DNA of 64,000 bases, taken from positions 1 through 64,000 of the IMG/VR virus record IMGVR_UViG_3300030330_005258; one strand, given 5' to 3'. Shown here piece by piece: positions 34,755 to 43,833 of this stretch. The position numbers and the translations under genes are program-made. How positions within the stretch are numbered: position 1 is the first letter of the stretch; the number at the start of each line of letters is the position of its first letter. This DNA is from a virus (taxonomy: Duplodnaviria > Caudoviricetes). Under the pieces are notes generated by a model. It was not told where the DNA came from and searched no databases. It saw nothing but the letters and a program-made list of their open reading frames with translations.

Positions 34755-35338
34755 AGTTAATACTTGAAAACTTTCGTCAATATCTTGACGCAGATGAGGA
34801 TACACTTACTGGGCTCTCGTTTCAAGAAATGTCCCAGGCACTTAACTCCTCTATGGGGAAAGCCAAGCTAGCCCTTACTGATTCTCCGCTCCAAGACAGG
34901 ACTTACGAACAGGGTAGCAGAATGAAACCCAATGGACTTTGGTATGCCAAAGGCAACTCTTGGATGGAATTTGTGAGAACAGAAATGGCCGATATAATAG
35001 AAGATGCCAAATATGTCTATGCTATTGGTTTTGATAAAAGCAAAGTTCTTAGTATAACCTCGGGTAGACAAGCAGAGCGTGTCACATATATGTTTAAGGA
35101 TCACGAACTTTCCCGTAAAGCGAATATAAGCATTGTTGATTGGGACAGAATAACAAAGATAGGCAAAGCTGGGGTTGAATTTATACCTTATGAGAGAGGA
35201 TACTTTTCCGCAGACTACTCTATGGTTTGGTATTCGGGAATTGATGTTCCGTCTGGATGTATCTGGGACACTAGCATACTTACTACTAAACAAGTTGTCG
35301 CTGAATTGAAAGAAGATGGCTGGGAAGTGTATAGATGA
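34751..35338 (+). CDS. Leader-bearing protein, possible ADP-ribosyltransferase-like fold
   Basis: MKLILENFRQYL; KPNGLWYA...VDWDRI...SGCIWD. Confidence 0.65.
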   Translation: MKLILENFRQYLDADEDTLTGLSFQEMSQALNSSMGKAKLALTDSPLQDRTYEQGSRMKPNGLWYAKGNSWMEFVRTEMADIIEDAKYVYAIGFDKSKVLSITSGRQAERVTYMFKDHELSRKANISIVDWDRITKIGKAGVEFIPYERGYFSADYSMVWYSGIDVPSGCIWDTSILTTKQVVAELKEDGWEVYR

Positions 35339-35895
35339 AACTACTAATTGAAAATTGGCGCAAGTTCTTGACCGAAGAACAAGGCCAATACATTGGAACT
35401 ATTGACGATGTAGGCAGAGACCTTTATCGCATCTCCAAACGCTATGGAGACAAGGGCGACAACTACGAACGCTTCCAGAAGGGAACCAAGGTTATAAGGT
35501 CCCGTGATCGGTCCGCTGATGACAATGAGCCCTATCTAAATTCTGATGGTAACCCAGAGCATAGGATTTATTTTTTCGGCTCTGGCGATGACGCCAAGGC
35601 TGCTATGATGTCCGACACACAAGAGTTGGAAGCGATTGTTGGTGACTTCTCTGACGAAGACAAAGAAAAAGGCATCAACGAGAACCTGCTGTTAGTGCGT
35701 ATTCCTATGAATCAAGTTCCAAAAGAGGTTGAGTTCTTCACCGATTACGAGTTGGAAGGAACTCCCTACGATGCTATTTATGGTGCGTATCCGGATGGTC
35801 GTGCTTGGACTCTCGCACCCAAAGCAACAGACATTCAGTTAGCGACCGATCTACTTAATTACGAAGAGGATGATTACTACTATGAAGATTACTAA
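35335..35895 (+). CDS. Leader-bearing protein, possible ADP-ribosyltransferase-like fold
   Basis: MKLLIENWRKFLTEE; LYRIS...RIYFF...LVRIP. Confidence 0.65.
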   Translation: MKLLIENWRKFLTEEQGQYIGTIDDVGRDLYRISKRYGDKGDNYERFQKGTKVIRSRDRSADDNEPYLNSDGNPEHRIYFFGSGDDAKAAMMSDTQELEAIVGDFSDEDKEKGINENLLLVRIPMNQVPKEVEFFTDYELEGTPYDAIYGAYPDGRAWTLAPKATDIQLATDLLNYEEDDYYYEDY

Positions 35896-36238
35896 AGCAA
35901 GACTAAAGCAGATTATTAAAGAAGAGCTTGAGAGTGTTGTTGAAGAGCAAACAAGTGGCAATTTGTCAAATATCTACAAGTTATGTCCTCCAAATACAGA
36001 GTGTAAACCGGATACCCAGAAAACAAATTGGTGGGGTTCTCGTGGTAATCTTAATGAAGAACTCACCCGTCAAGACAAGTCCGATGTAAAGAAGATGGTC
36101 AAGGACGAACTTGAAAAACTCCTCAAGAAGAAGGAGATGAAGGACCAGATCTCCGAACTCACAAAGAAAATTCTCAAGAAGCTTTACAAGGATCTTTCAT
36201 TAGAGCACCCCTATATCATTGACCGCATCAAAATTTGA
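35882..36238 (+). CDS. Leader-bearing helical protein
   Basis: MKITKARLKQIIKEE; internal LNE-E. Confidence 0.75.
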   Translation: MKITKARLKQIIKEELESVVEEQTSGNLSNIYKLCPPNTECKPDTQKTNWWGSRGNLNEELTRQDKSDVKKMVKDELEKLLKKKEMKDQISELTKKILKKLYKDLSLEHPYIIDRIKI

Positions 36239-36247
36239 TGTTATATT
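36219..36247 (+). promoter_or_regulatory. sigma70-type promoter
   Basis: TTGACC-17-TATATT. Confidence 0.6.
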
Positions 36248-36253
36248 ATAGAT

Positions 36254-36457
36254 GTGAAGTCAATCAACGCCGACCCATTCGCTGCACAGTATCCTCAAGC
36301 CAGCATTGGGGACTGGGTTTATTATCCCAAAACCAAAATTTGTGGCCTAGTTATAGGGGTTGACAACCAAACTGGTTTTATGCAAGTTCATGATTTCAAA
36401 ACTATGAATTTGCGGTGGGTAACCATGAACAATTTTGGTCAATATAAGGTTTTATGA
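36254..36457 (+). CDS. GDLV-like protein
   Basis: ASIGDWVYY...GLVIG. Confidence 0.62.
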   Translation: MKSINADPFAAQYPQASIGDWVYYPKTKICGLVIGVDNQTGFMQVHDFKTMNLRWVTMNNFGQYKVL

Positions 36458-36648
36458 GTGAAGGTGATCTAGTTAGACTTAAAACACGATATCCGATTTG
36501 GCTGTATTCGTTTGGTCTCACCGATGGGGACCTAGGAATAGTTGCTAAAATTGGGGAAGAGGATACCTTGGTTTATTGGCTAAGAATCAGAAAGCAAGGT
36601 TCTGTAAAGAATAACCTATTAGAACTCGTCGAGTTGGAGACAAAATGA
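36454..36648 (+). CDS. Small GDLV-family protein
   Basis: MSEGDLVRL...LELVE. Confidence 0.72.
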   Translation: MSEGDLVRLKTRYPIWLYSFGLTDGDLGIVAKIGEEDTLVYWLRIRKQGSVKNNLLELVELETK

Positions 36649-36944
36649 AAGAAAAAATTATTGTAGCCCTTTTTATGATTGGGGCTATCGGCGCATCAAT
36701 CACCATGAACCAAAAGTTAAATCATATCGACAACGAAGTCGAAAGAGTAAAGGTAGAATCAATTGTTTCATCTGGTAAGGCGATCTACCTGCCCGGAAGC
36801 GTATGCGTCATTAAGGCTACTTCTGATATAGACAAGACAAAAATGCGCCAATTTGCGGCTGCTTGTATCAAGTCTCACGAAGACTGGCTGCTAATCAATA
36901 ACGGCAACGCTATTTATAGTGATGCCAAGCAAGAAGTACCATAG
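36645..36944 (+). CDS. Protein with N-terminal TM or signal peptide
   Basis: Hydrophobic N-terminus. Confidence 0.65.
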   Translation: MKEKIIVALFMIGAIGASITMNQKLNHIDNEVERVKVESIVSSGKAIYLPGSVCVIKATSDIDKTKMRQFAAACIKSHEDWLLINNGNAIYSDAKQEVP

Positions 36945-37185
36945 CAGCGATTTAGGAATAGGATCATTAGTCCGAGATGTTCAGACTGGCGACCTAGGGC
37001 TACTTGTCGAAAGAGTTGACCTATTTGAAAATATAGAGGGTCACGAACCAATCTGGGTCTGGGCAATGACTTGGACTGGTCCTGCCACAGACTCACACAA
37101 TCGTCACATACCTTTTATCGAAGAGGCAATCATTGGGCTCCTAAATGGTGGTGTTTGGGAATTAAAGGACAATGAGACCGATTGA
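36919..37185 (+). CDS. GDLV-like protein
   Basis: LGIGSLVRD...GLLVER. Confidence 0.65.
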   Translation: MMPSKKYHSSDLGIGSLVRDVQTGDLGLLVERVDLFENIEGHEPIWVWAMTWTGPATDSHNRHIPFIEEAIIGLLNGGVWELKDNETD

Positions 37186-37450
37186 GGAGTTGCGTGATGA
37201 AGCCTCACATGTTATATTACATGTGGGTGACATGATTTACGATGTCCGCACGAAGTCCCGAGGGTTCCTGAGACAAAGAGAAAGAAAGATTGATATTATC
37301 GAAGACGACATTTATGTGTGGAGTATTTTTTGGTTTTCCCAGGACGAAGAAAGTGAATATAACAATCTAGAATTTATGGAAGAAGAGGGACTAAGATTAT
37401 CAATCGTTATTGGAACAATAGAATTATTTAGCATCAAACAAGGAGGATAG
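37172..37450 (+). CDS. GDLV-like protein, similar to the previous ORF
   Basis: LHVGDMIYD...VWSIFW. Confidence 0.65.
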   Translation: MRPIEELRDEASHVILHVGDMIYDVRTKSRGFLRQRERKIDIIEDDIYVWSIFWFSQDEESEYNNLEFMEEEGLRLSIVIGTIELFSIKQGG

Positions 37451-37900
37451 ATGCCCAGTTGGAACGCTTACAAGGTCTTTGCCAGTGGTAAGAGAGCAAA
37501 GATGCCTTACACAACATTTGATTCAGAAGATTCAAAACATTTTTATGAGAGTATCTTACCAACTCTCACACCAAAGTTACAAAAGTCAAATTGGCTTATA
37601 TTAAACACAGAAGAGCCACAAGAGAGACAGGCAGAGGCAATAGACGAAGCTAAGGTCAAGTTTGAGAAGGACAAGATTAGATTGTTGGGAACACTTGCGG
37701 CTCAAAAATATCCAAAGTTTGCAAAGAAGAAAGTCGAAGCTTGTTTATCAATGTGTCCAGAGACTGGATGGAAATGGGCTTGGTGTGTTGTAGAGTGTGC
37801 CAGCCATCGGCACCTTGGCGAATTGTCTGAAAGATTTGATACCCGTGCAGGGGCAGATAGTTGGATCAGGGAGCAACTTGAATGTATGGAGCAGGCGTAA
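37451..37900 (+). CDS. Hypothetical protein
   Basis: AGGAGG RBS. Confidence 0.7.
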   Translation: MPSWNAYKVFASGKRAKMPYTTFDSEDSKHFYESILPTLTPKLQKSNWLILNTEEPQERQAEAIDEAKVKFEKDKIRLLGTLAAQKYPKFAKKKVEACLSMCPETGWKWAWCVVECASHRHLGELSERFDTRAGADSWIREQLECMEQA

Positions 37901-38097
37901 AGCACAAGATTGGAGATTTAGTTAGAATAAAAAAATGGCACCCCGATGGTCAAACTAAATGGGGCTTGGGCATCATAACTCAACGTCCAGAGAACAAACA
38001 AAAAAGTTTATTTATAAAAGTATACATTTTTAAACTTAAACGAGAGGAGTGGATTGCACCAGCGGAAATGGACATAATCTCTAACATAGACGAATAA
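37882..38097 (+). CDS. Small GDLV-family protein
   Basis: HKIGDLVRI...MDIISN. Confidence 0.72.
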   Translation: MYGAGVKHKIGDLVRIKKWHPDGQTKWGLGIITQRPENKQKSLFIKVYIFKLKREEWIAPAEMDIISNIDE

Positions 38098-38126
38098 CTC
38101 TCTATTTATTATAGAGGGTCATTGTA

Positions 38127-38294
38127 ATGAAGCAGACCAATAGTTTTGTCGATACCATGTCACTGACGTGTGTATTGATAAACGTTGGTCTGTTTTTATT
38201 TGCTTGGTATGATGAACAACCCGAATTGACGATGCTCGCACTATTTAATGTTACTTGCTTTTTAGTGTATTTTCTTATCTCGGGACGTAAATAA
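38127..38294 (+). CDS. Small two-TM membrane protein (not in ORF track)
   Basis: MKQTNSF...; TAA overlaps next ATG. Confidence 0.55.
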   Translation: MKQTNSFVDTMSLTCVLINVGLFLFAWYDEQPELTMLALFNVTCFLVYFLISGRK

Positions 38295-39478
38295 TGTATC
38301 AAAAATTTTGGAAGCAATTCCTCACAGAACAAAACGCAGACGCCACTTATCAATTTGTGCCGGATTCAGGACAAACGGTTGCTGATGTGCCTTCGCCACC
38401 TGCGTTGCCCACCATGGCGCCGGACGAACCAACAAGACGTGAGCCACGAGAGTCAACGGGCTTTAAAGCTTTTCTTAAATCAAAGGGTCTACAATACCGC
38501 GAGCACCTTGGCTCTGGGCAAGATGGTTTCGTAGTCAGGGCTTTTAACGTAGAGACAGGGCAGATGCTTGCTATTAAGTTTGTCAATGCTGCCAGAACAA
38601 GCATGGAGACAGCTAGAAGAGAAGTTAGAAATTATGAATTTGTAAAAAGAAATAGAGAGTCTCTTGGTGAAGATGCCAAATATCTGCCAGTTGTATATGA
38701 TGCAGAAATGGCTGGTGTCCCGGCTATGGGTGAAACCATGGATGGTAGACTGGTCGTTCATGGTGTTATCTACATGGAAGAGCTTGAGCCACTACCAGCA
38801 CAAGTTGCTAAAAACCTGTTTGCAGTGGGTGGAACAACGCCAGTAACAATGGCAGCAAAAGAAAAAAGAGACAGGAGGCTGTTTAAAAATCCCAAACTTG
38901 TTTCTTCGCTCTTGAATGTAGCCTGGAGTTTGACTGATCCTTCGACCACAAGTGGTTTTATGAGTATGGAAGCGCAATTTGCAGCAGAAAAAAGAATTAT
39001 TAGAGATTTTTTTAAGGATGAATATGACCCTGAACAGATAGAGCAAGACCCATACGTGCAATATTCTAGATTTGGAAAGCAGGCTAAAGCTCTTGCAAGT
39101 TTGTATATTAAAATCACTTATGAAGAAATGTTAAAAAATCCTGAAGATGAAACTGACCTGCCAATTGTTAGAGACTATGAATCTACAATCAAAGAGGACC
39201 TGTTGGATTCGTTTACCAAGGCTTACATAAAACCATTAGTAACTGGTGCGGCAGGAAGACAACTACGACACGCATCCGGTTTGCGCGGCTTTGACGACTT
39301 CTATGGTATGGAGAAAGATTTTGAAGAAGCCTTTCCAGAAACAGCCGGTGTTCGCGCAGCTATGAAAAAGTTTGCAGGACGCGACTTCAAGCCCTTTGAC
39401 GTTCACGCTAACAACGTAATGATGCGACCCAAAACAAATGATATTGTTATTGTTGATCTTGGAAGGTTCAATATCTAG
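38294..39478 (+). CDS. Leader-bearing Ser/Thr protein kinase-like protein
   Basis: MYQKFWKQFLTEQ; LGSGQDGFV, AIKFV, REV, DVHANNVM, VDLG. Confidence 0.85.
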   Translation: MYQKFWKQFLTEQNADATYQFVPDSGQTVADVPSPPALPTMAPDEPTRREPRESTGFKAFLKSKGLQYREHLGSGQDGFVVRAFNVETGQMLAIKFVNAARTSMETARREVRNYEFVKRNRESLGEDAKYLPVVYDAEMAGVPAMGETMDGRLVVHGVIYMEELEPLPAQVAKNLFAVGGTTPVTMAAKEKRDRRLFKNPKLVSSLLNVAWSLTDPSTTSGFMSMEAQFAAEKRIIRDFFKDEYDPEQIEQDPYVQYSRFGKQAKALASLYIKITYEEMLKNPEDETDLPIVRDYESTIKEDLLDSFTKAYIKPLVTGAAGRQLRHASGLRGFDDFYGMEKDFEEAFPETAGVRAAMKKFAGRDFKPFDVHANNVMMRPKTNDIVIVDLGRFNI

Positions 39479-39486
39479 TACAACCA

Positions 39487-39822
39487 ATGTATGAATACAA
39501 CGCGATATGCACAAGAGTTGTTGATGGTGATACAATAGATGCCAGAATAGACCTTGGGTTTAGTATATGGTTGGATTGCAGGATACGATTGGAAGGCATA
39601 GACGCTCCTGAGACCCGTACAAAAAACTTGGACGAGAAGATACAAGGGTTTAGAACTAAAGAGTTTTTAAAGACAATTGTAGATGGGGCTGGTGGTCATT
39701 TTGTTTTGAAGTCTCATGGTGTAGGCAAGTATGGAAGATGCATAGGAACTATTTACGTTGGCGGCGAGAATATAAATGAAAGACTACTCGCGGAAGGTTA
39801 CGCCAAGAGGTATGAAAAATGA
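39487..39822 (+). CDS. Thermonuclease (SNase)-like protein
   Basis: VVDGDTI, IRLEGIDAPE, KYGR, INERLLAEGYA. Confidence 0.88.
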   Translation: MYEYNAICTRVVDGDTIDARIDLGFSIWLDCRIRLEGIDAPETRTKNLDEKIQGFRTKEFLKTIVDGAGGHFVLKSHGVGKYGRCIGTIYVGGENINERLLAEGYAKRYEK

Positions 39823-40073
39823 TTTTATTATTTGTTCTCGCGATGAGCGCGATGGCAGAGGAACCCGAAGATAGGTCGGAAAAACTATACAAAAGCTTTT
39901 GTGTTAATTGTCACGGAGAGAGCGTGGAAAAGGTGCCCCTAAACCCCGACAGCACCACAGAACAGAGGGTCAATACAATAAACTATGGTGTGTCAAGTAT
40001 GCCACCATACAATTGGATGCTACAAGAAGGCGAAGCAGAAAAACTAGTTAAGTATATGGAAGGTATTAAATGA
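39819..40073 (+). CDS. Small class I cytochrome c
   Basis: Signal peptide; CVNCH haem motif; distal MPP. Confidence 0.8.
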   Translation: MILLFVLAMSAMAEEPEDRSEKLYKSFCVNCHGESVEKVPLNPDSTTEQRVNTINYGVSSMPPYNWMLQEGEAEKLVKYMEGIK

Positions 40074-42133
40074 AATTTCAGGCAAGATGGCGTAGATTCC
40101 TTACCGAAGGCGGAAATGTCTTCAAGGGTGAGCGCGTTGGCGCAATCCCTTTGGAGTTTATCGAGCCTACGCTTGAGCGATATTATGAAGAGCTTGGTCG
40201 TCTATTCCCACAACAGACAGCGTTCTTCCAAACTATTGAGCCGCTTGGGTCAGTTGGCAAAAAAGCAAAGTCCGGCGATATCGATTTAGCTATTGATGTG
40301 TCGGAGCTTGCCCCAAGTCGCAAGATTGATGACCAAATGCTACAAAGTTGGGAGTTAGACCCACAGGTGTGGGCGGATACACGCGCAAGATTCGCAAAAC
40401 GTGCAAGAAACGCCACAGACGAAGAGCTTGACCTACGTGCGTTCTTATATGAGTTAGCCAAGTACATCGGAGAGAACTCACAACTAATCAAGACAGACTT
40501 AAAAAAGGTTACTTCTGGTGGTATGTTTTCACTCTTTCCTCAGATCTCGGACTCTGGAGAGCAACAAGAGATTGGAATCCAAGTTGATTGGATGCTTGGC
40601 AATAAAGACTGGCTAAGGTTTGCTTACTTCTCGGACGTTCCGTCCGAAGACCAAGAAATGCTGAAGGGTTTACACAGAACTCAGTTGATTGTTGCTCTTC
40701 TCGGAGTGAAGGACTACTCGTTCCAGCACGCGAAGGGTGTATACCGGAAGGGCACCAAGGAAAAGGTTGTTACAAGCCCCCAGGAAACCCTAGAGCTTAT
40801 CGAAAAATTATATGGGACTCCTATATCGATTGAAGAATTACGTAACTTCAGCAGCCTATACGGCTGGATTGAAGCTAATTTGTCTGACGAGGACAAAGTA
40901 GAAGTTTATCGCTACTATCTGAAGATACTTGATAGTACAAGAGGTAACAAAGACCCCGCAACTGGTGAGTCATGTGGGCATATTCCAACAGAGTTGGAAG
41001 ATTTCTGGCGTCAGAACCAAGATACTATACCTCTCAGTGGCAAATTCTTGTGTAAAGACCAGAAAGCAAGGCTTATGGGCGATGAGATGCTTGAAGAAGC
41101 AGCAACACCACGCATCGCAAACCTTGGAAACGACGACATCATCGCACTAATCGACTTGATTCTGAGTGAAGAGTCGGTGTTGGAGGTGTCAGAGAAGATT
41201 GCAGGACAAAACCTGTCTGTAAAGGTTGAAAACGGTCAGGTGTATACAAAGTACAAGAACCAGCCAGAGTATAGAGAGGCGTATGAGCCGTTCAAGTCCA
41301 TCTTTGCAGCGCATGATGGCGATGGAGAATACGTTTTTGAGATGATTTCTCCAGACAACCGACCAGATTACGTCAATTATTTGACCGACAGCACCATTTT
41401 TGTGGACTTTTCTGGGCGGCTTACCGATGAAATGGCAAAGAAACTGTCAAATGAGTCGAATACCTTCATGACCAAGAAACAAATACGTCGCAATCAGTTC
41501 GATGTGACCCCAGAGCAGCGTCAAGAGTTGGTTGGTTTGCGGTCGAGAGCAGAACAAAGACTAAGAAAGCGAGACAAACAGGAGATTGCAGACCGTATCA
41601 AGGCAATCATCCTTTCTCCAAACGTGCAGAGTGTCCTTGGCGGGGGTGTTGAGGGTCTATATGTTACCGGTGGGTCAAAAAACTTTAAGATTCCAAGCCC
41701 AACTTACCAGAATTTGCAAAAACTACAGGTTGGTATCTATGCTGTGCTCTCCGGCAGAACAAGAATACCCAAAAAAGAAGTGCGCCAACGTGTGATTGAT
41801 GGCGACCAAAACGATAAAATAGTACAGGACTTGCGTAGATTCCTGTCATTTGCTCAAAATGATATACCAGCGGGCTACAGAATGTTTGTCAGCCCTGAAG
41901 AAGCCATGAATCTGTTGTCAAAAATGGATACTCCCGAGGGTAGAAAGCAAGTATACGTGTTTCTCAACAAAAGAATCAAGAAAAAGGGCGATTGGTACAC
42001 TCCAGAGCAACTTGAAGAAGCCAAGAAATGGTCGAGAAAGTACAAAAGCAGCATAAACTGCTCTAACCCAAAAGGTTTTAGCCAGAAACAGTATTGTAAA
42101 AGACAAAGCCGAGGCGGGAAGTATAAATCTTGA
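40070..42133 (+). CDS. Leader-bearing multi-domain protein: nucleotidyltransferase, ligase-like domain, small basic module
   Basis: MKFQARWRRFLTE; LGSVGKK..SGDIDL; SEKIAGQN, FEMI, EGLYV, FKI; KWSRKYKSSINC module. Confidence 0.75.
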   Translation: MKFQARWRRFLTEGGNVFKGERVGAIPLEFIEPTLERYYEELGRLFPQQTAFFQTIEPLGSVGKKAKSGDIDLAIDVSELAPSRKIDDQMLQSWELDPQVWADTRARFAKRARNATDEELDLRAFLYELAKYIGENSQLIKTDLKKVTSGGMFSLFPQISDSGEQQEIGIQVDWMLGNKDWLRFAYFSDVPSEDQEMLKGLHRTQLIVALLGVKDYSFQHAKGVYRKGTKEKVVTSPQETLELIEKLYGTPISIEELRNFSSLYGWIEANLSDEDKVEVYRYYLKILDSTRGNKDPATGESCGHIPTELEDFWRQNQDTIPLSGKFLCKDQKARLMGDEMLEEAATPRIANLGNDDIIALIDLILSEESVLEVSEKIAGQNLSVKVENGQVYTKYKNQPEYREAYEPFKSIFAAHDGDGEYVFEMISPDNRPDYVNYLTDSTIFVDFSGRLTDEMAKKLSNESNTFMTKKQIRRNQFDVTPEQRQELVGLRSRAEQRLRKRDKQEIADRIKAIILSPNVQSVLGGGVEGLYVTGGSKNFKIPSPTYQNLQKLQVGIYAVLSGRTRIPKKEVRQRVIDGDQNDKIVQDLRRFLSFAQNDIPAGYRMFVSPEEAMNLLSKMDTPEGRKQVYVFLNKRIKKKGDWYTPEQLEEAKKWSRKYKSSINCSNPKGFSQKQYCKRQSRGGKYKS

Positions 42134-42162
42134 CTATTTAAGGTTGCGTGGAGGGCTCACCA

Positions 42163-42471
42163 ATGCCTGAAAATTATAATCAACTAGTTTTAGCTCAGTT
42201 ACAGTCTCTATCTCAAGCAATTGAGGCTCTCCGTGGCGATCTCCAGCTTGTTCGTCAAGAGATTACCGAGTTAAAAGCCAAAGAAGACAAGGTCGTGGAG
42301 CTTCGCGAGTGGAAGCAGAAGGTTGATGAAGTTGCATCACCCACTCAACTAGCAAAATTTGTCCAAGACATCCAAGATCTTAACAATTTCAAGACAAAAG
42401 CCGTCACAATCTTTGCAGTTGTGCAGTTTGCGATGGGTGCAATACTATTTGCTCTAAATTTTATTGATTGA
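42163..42471 (+). CDS. Coiled-coil protein with C-terminal TM
   Basis: Heptad pattern, hydrophobic tail; ACTATTTA at 42133. Confidence 0.7.
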   Translation: MPENYNQLVLAQLQSLSQAIEALRGDLQLVRQEITELKAKEDKVVELREWKQKVDEVASPTQLAKFVQDIQDLNNFKTKAVTIFAVVQFAMGAILFALNFID

Positions 42472-42495
42472 CAGACTTAAATGTAATGTTATATT
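42468..42495 (+). promoter_or_regulatory. sigma70-type promoter
   Basis: TTGACA-16-TATATT. Confidence 0.65.
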
Positions 42496-42512
42496 AACAT
42501 TATGGAGTTACA

Positions 42513-42782
42513 ATGATAAAATTAGGTGACTTTGTGGGTCAAATGCATCCAGATAAGACAATGATCTTAAAGAGAGGCATTGTGGTCGAGTCTTTAAGAG
42601 ACTCTTATGTTGTGCAATGGCTCTCGTTTAACAAACTTTTTTGGATGGAATTTAAAGGTGAAGTGTTTGCAGAGCTTAATAAGCGCTATTTACTAACGAA
42701 GATGTCATATCATCGCAATAATCGTGAAGCTGACATCATTATATTAAGCAAAGCAGGTGAAAATGGCGTGGGAGAAACTTGA
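42513..42782 (+). CDS. GDLV-like protein
   Basis: MIKLGDFVG...GIVVE...VQW...IILSKA. Confidence 0.68.
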   Translation: MIKLGDFVGQMHPDKTMILKRGIVVESLRDSYVVQWLSFNKLFWMEFKGEVFAELNKRYLLTKMSYHRNNREADIIILSKAGENGVGET

Positions 42783-43050
42783 TTCCGCTAGAATTGAACA
42801 AATAATAAGACAAATAACAGGAAAAAAGCTCGACAAATCAACAGATATGGTTGCGCCAGCCATTATCAAAGGCTCAGGTATTGTTTATTTGTGGGCACCC
42901 GTCAAAAAAACACTGATAAAGGTCAATAGAGGCGTATCTGTTCACATAGTAAGCTATGATATGGACGAAAAAGATAGAATTCTCATTTATGACGGCTATA
43001 ATCTGCTTGCCATACACCCAGATGACCTTGATGAGATAGGATTTAACTAA
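42763..43050 (+). CDS. Hypothetical protein
   Basis: Coupled ORF. Confidence 0.65.
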   Translation: MAWEKLDSARIEQIIRQITGKKLDKSTDMVAPAIIKGSGIVYLWAPVKKTLIKVNRGVSVHIVSYDMDEKDRILIYDGYNLLAIHPDDLDEIGFN

Positions 43051-43051
43051 A

Positions 43052-43204
43052 TTGACAGTAACAATAACAAAATTTTGGAAATCTTTGCTTACAATTATTA
43101 CTTTTTGGGTATTTTATGCCTTTTTTGGCTTTGAAGTGACAGTTGTTACCCTATTGGCAGGCATTTTGGGCAATTTTTGGTCAAATTCCGACATTTTGGT
43201 GTAA
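43052..43204 (+). CDS. Small membrane protein (not in ORF track)
   Basis: TTG start; hydrophobic 50 aa. Confidence 0.45.
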   Translation: MTVTITKFWKSLLTIITFWVFYAFFGFEVTVVTLLAGILGNFWSNSDILV

Positions 43205-43238
43205 AAAGTCGCTTTTTTACCCTATTTATCGATGAAAA

Positions 43239-43514
43239 ATGGAAAAAAAGAGCAATTTCGGCGAAATATCGGCTAAAAACATCAAAATAGGCGATATTGT
43301 CGCCTGGAACAAGTGGAATCTAGACAAATCTGGGTGGATTCAGCATCTTGGAGTCGTTTTAGAGGTCAAAAACGCTATTGTTAGCAACAGAATGGTGTGC
43401 GTAACCCTTGTTATGCCACTAAAAGAGCCCAAAATACCCCTCGAATTGTTCACTTTTTCCCTTAAATTGGTGTCCTCGGCAGAGGAAAAAGAGGCAAAAA
43501 ATGGACATAATTGA
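43239..43514 (+). CDS. GDLV-family protein
   Basis: IKIGDIVAW...GVVLE...LKLVSSA. Confidence 0.7.
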   Translation: MEKKSNFGEISAKNIKIGDIVAWNKWNLDKSGWIQHLGVVLEVKNAIVSNRMVCVTLVMPLKEPKIPLELFTFSLKLVSSAEEKEAKNGHN

Positions 43515-43833
43515 CCATATTGGCATAAGAGTAGACGATCTGAAAGAGGCTGAAACATGGTATTTGAAGCGTTTGAAGGCAGAAGTGACCTTTAGGAGCG
43601 ATAAATACATTCGTTTGAAGGTGGCAAACACCAATATTGCCCTAATTGATAAGTTATACTACCCATATCCGCATGTGGCAATCCTCGTAGACAATCAAGA
43701 TGAGCTTCCACAGTTCGGACTGCGAATCAAACATCGTGATGGTACCATAGGCGTATATGTCGAAGACCCGTTTGGGAACTATTTAGAATATATTTGGTAT
43801 TCTCAAGACCAAGGTGAGACATTCCTAAAATGA
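43501..43833 (+). CDS. VOC/glyoxalase-family protein
   Basis: IDHIGIRVDDL..A..WY, HVAI, YVEDPFGNYLE. Confidence 0.88.
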   Translation: MDIIDHIGIRVDDLKEAETWYLKRLKAEVTFRSDKYIRLKVANTNIALIDKLYYPYPHVAILVDNQDELPQFGLRIKHRDGTIGVYVEDPFGNYLEYIWYSQDQGETFLK

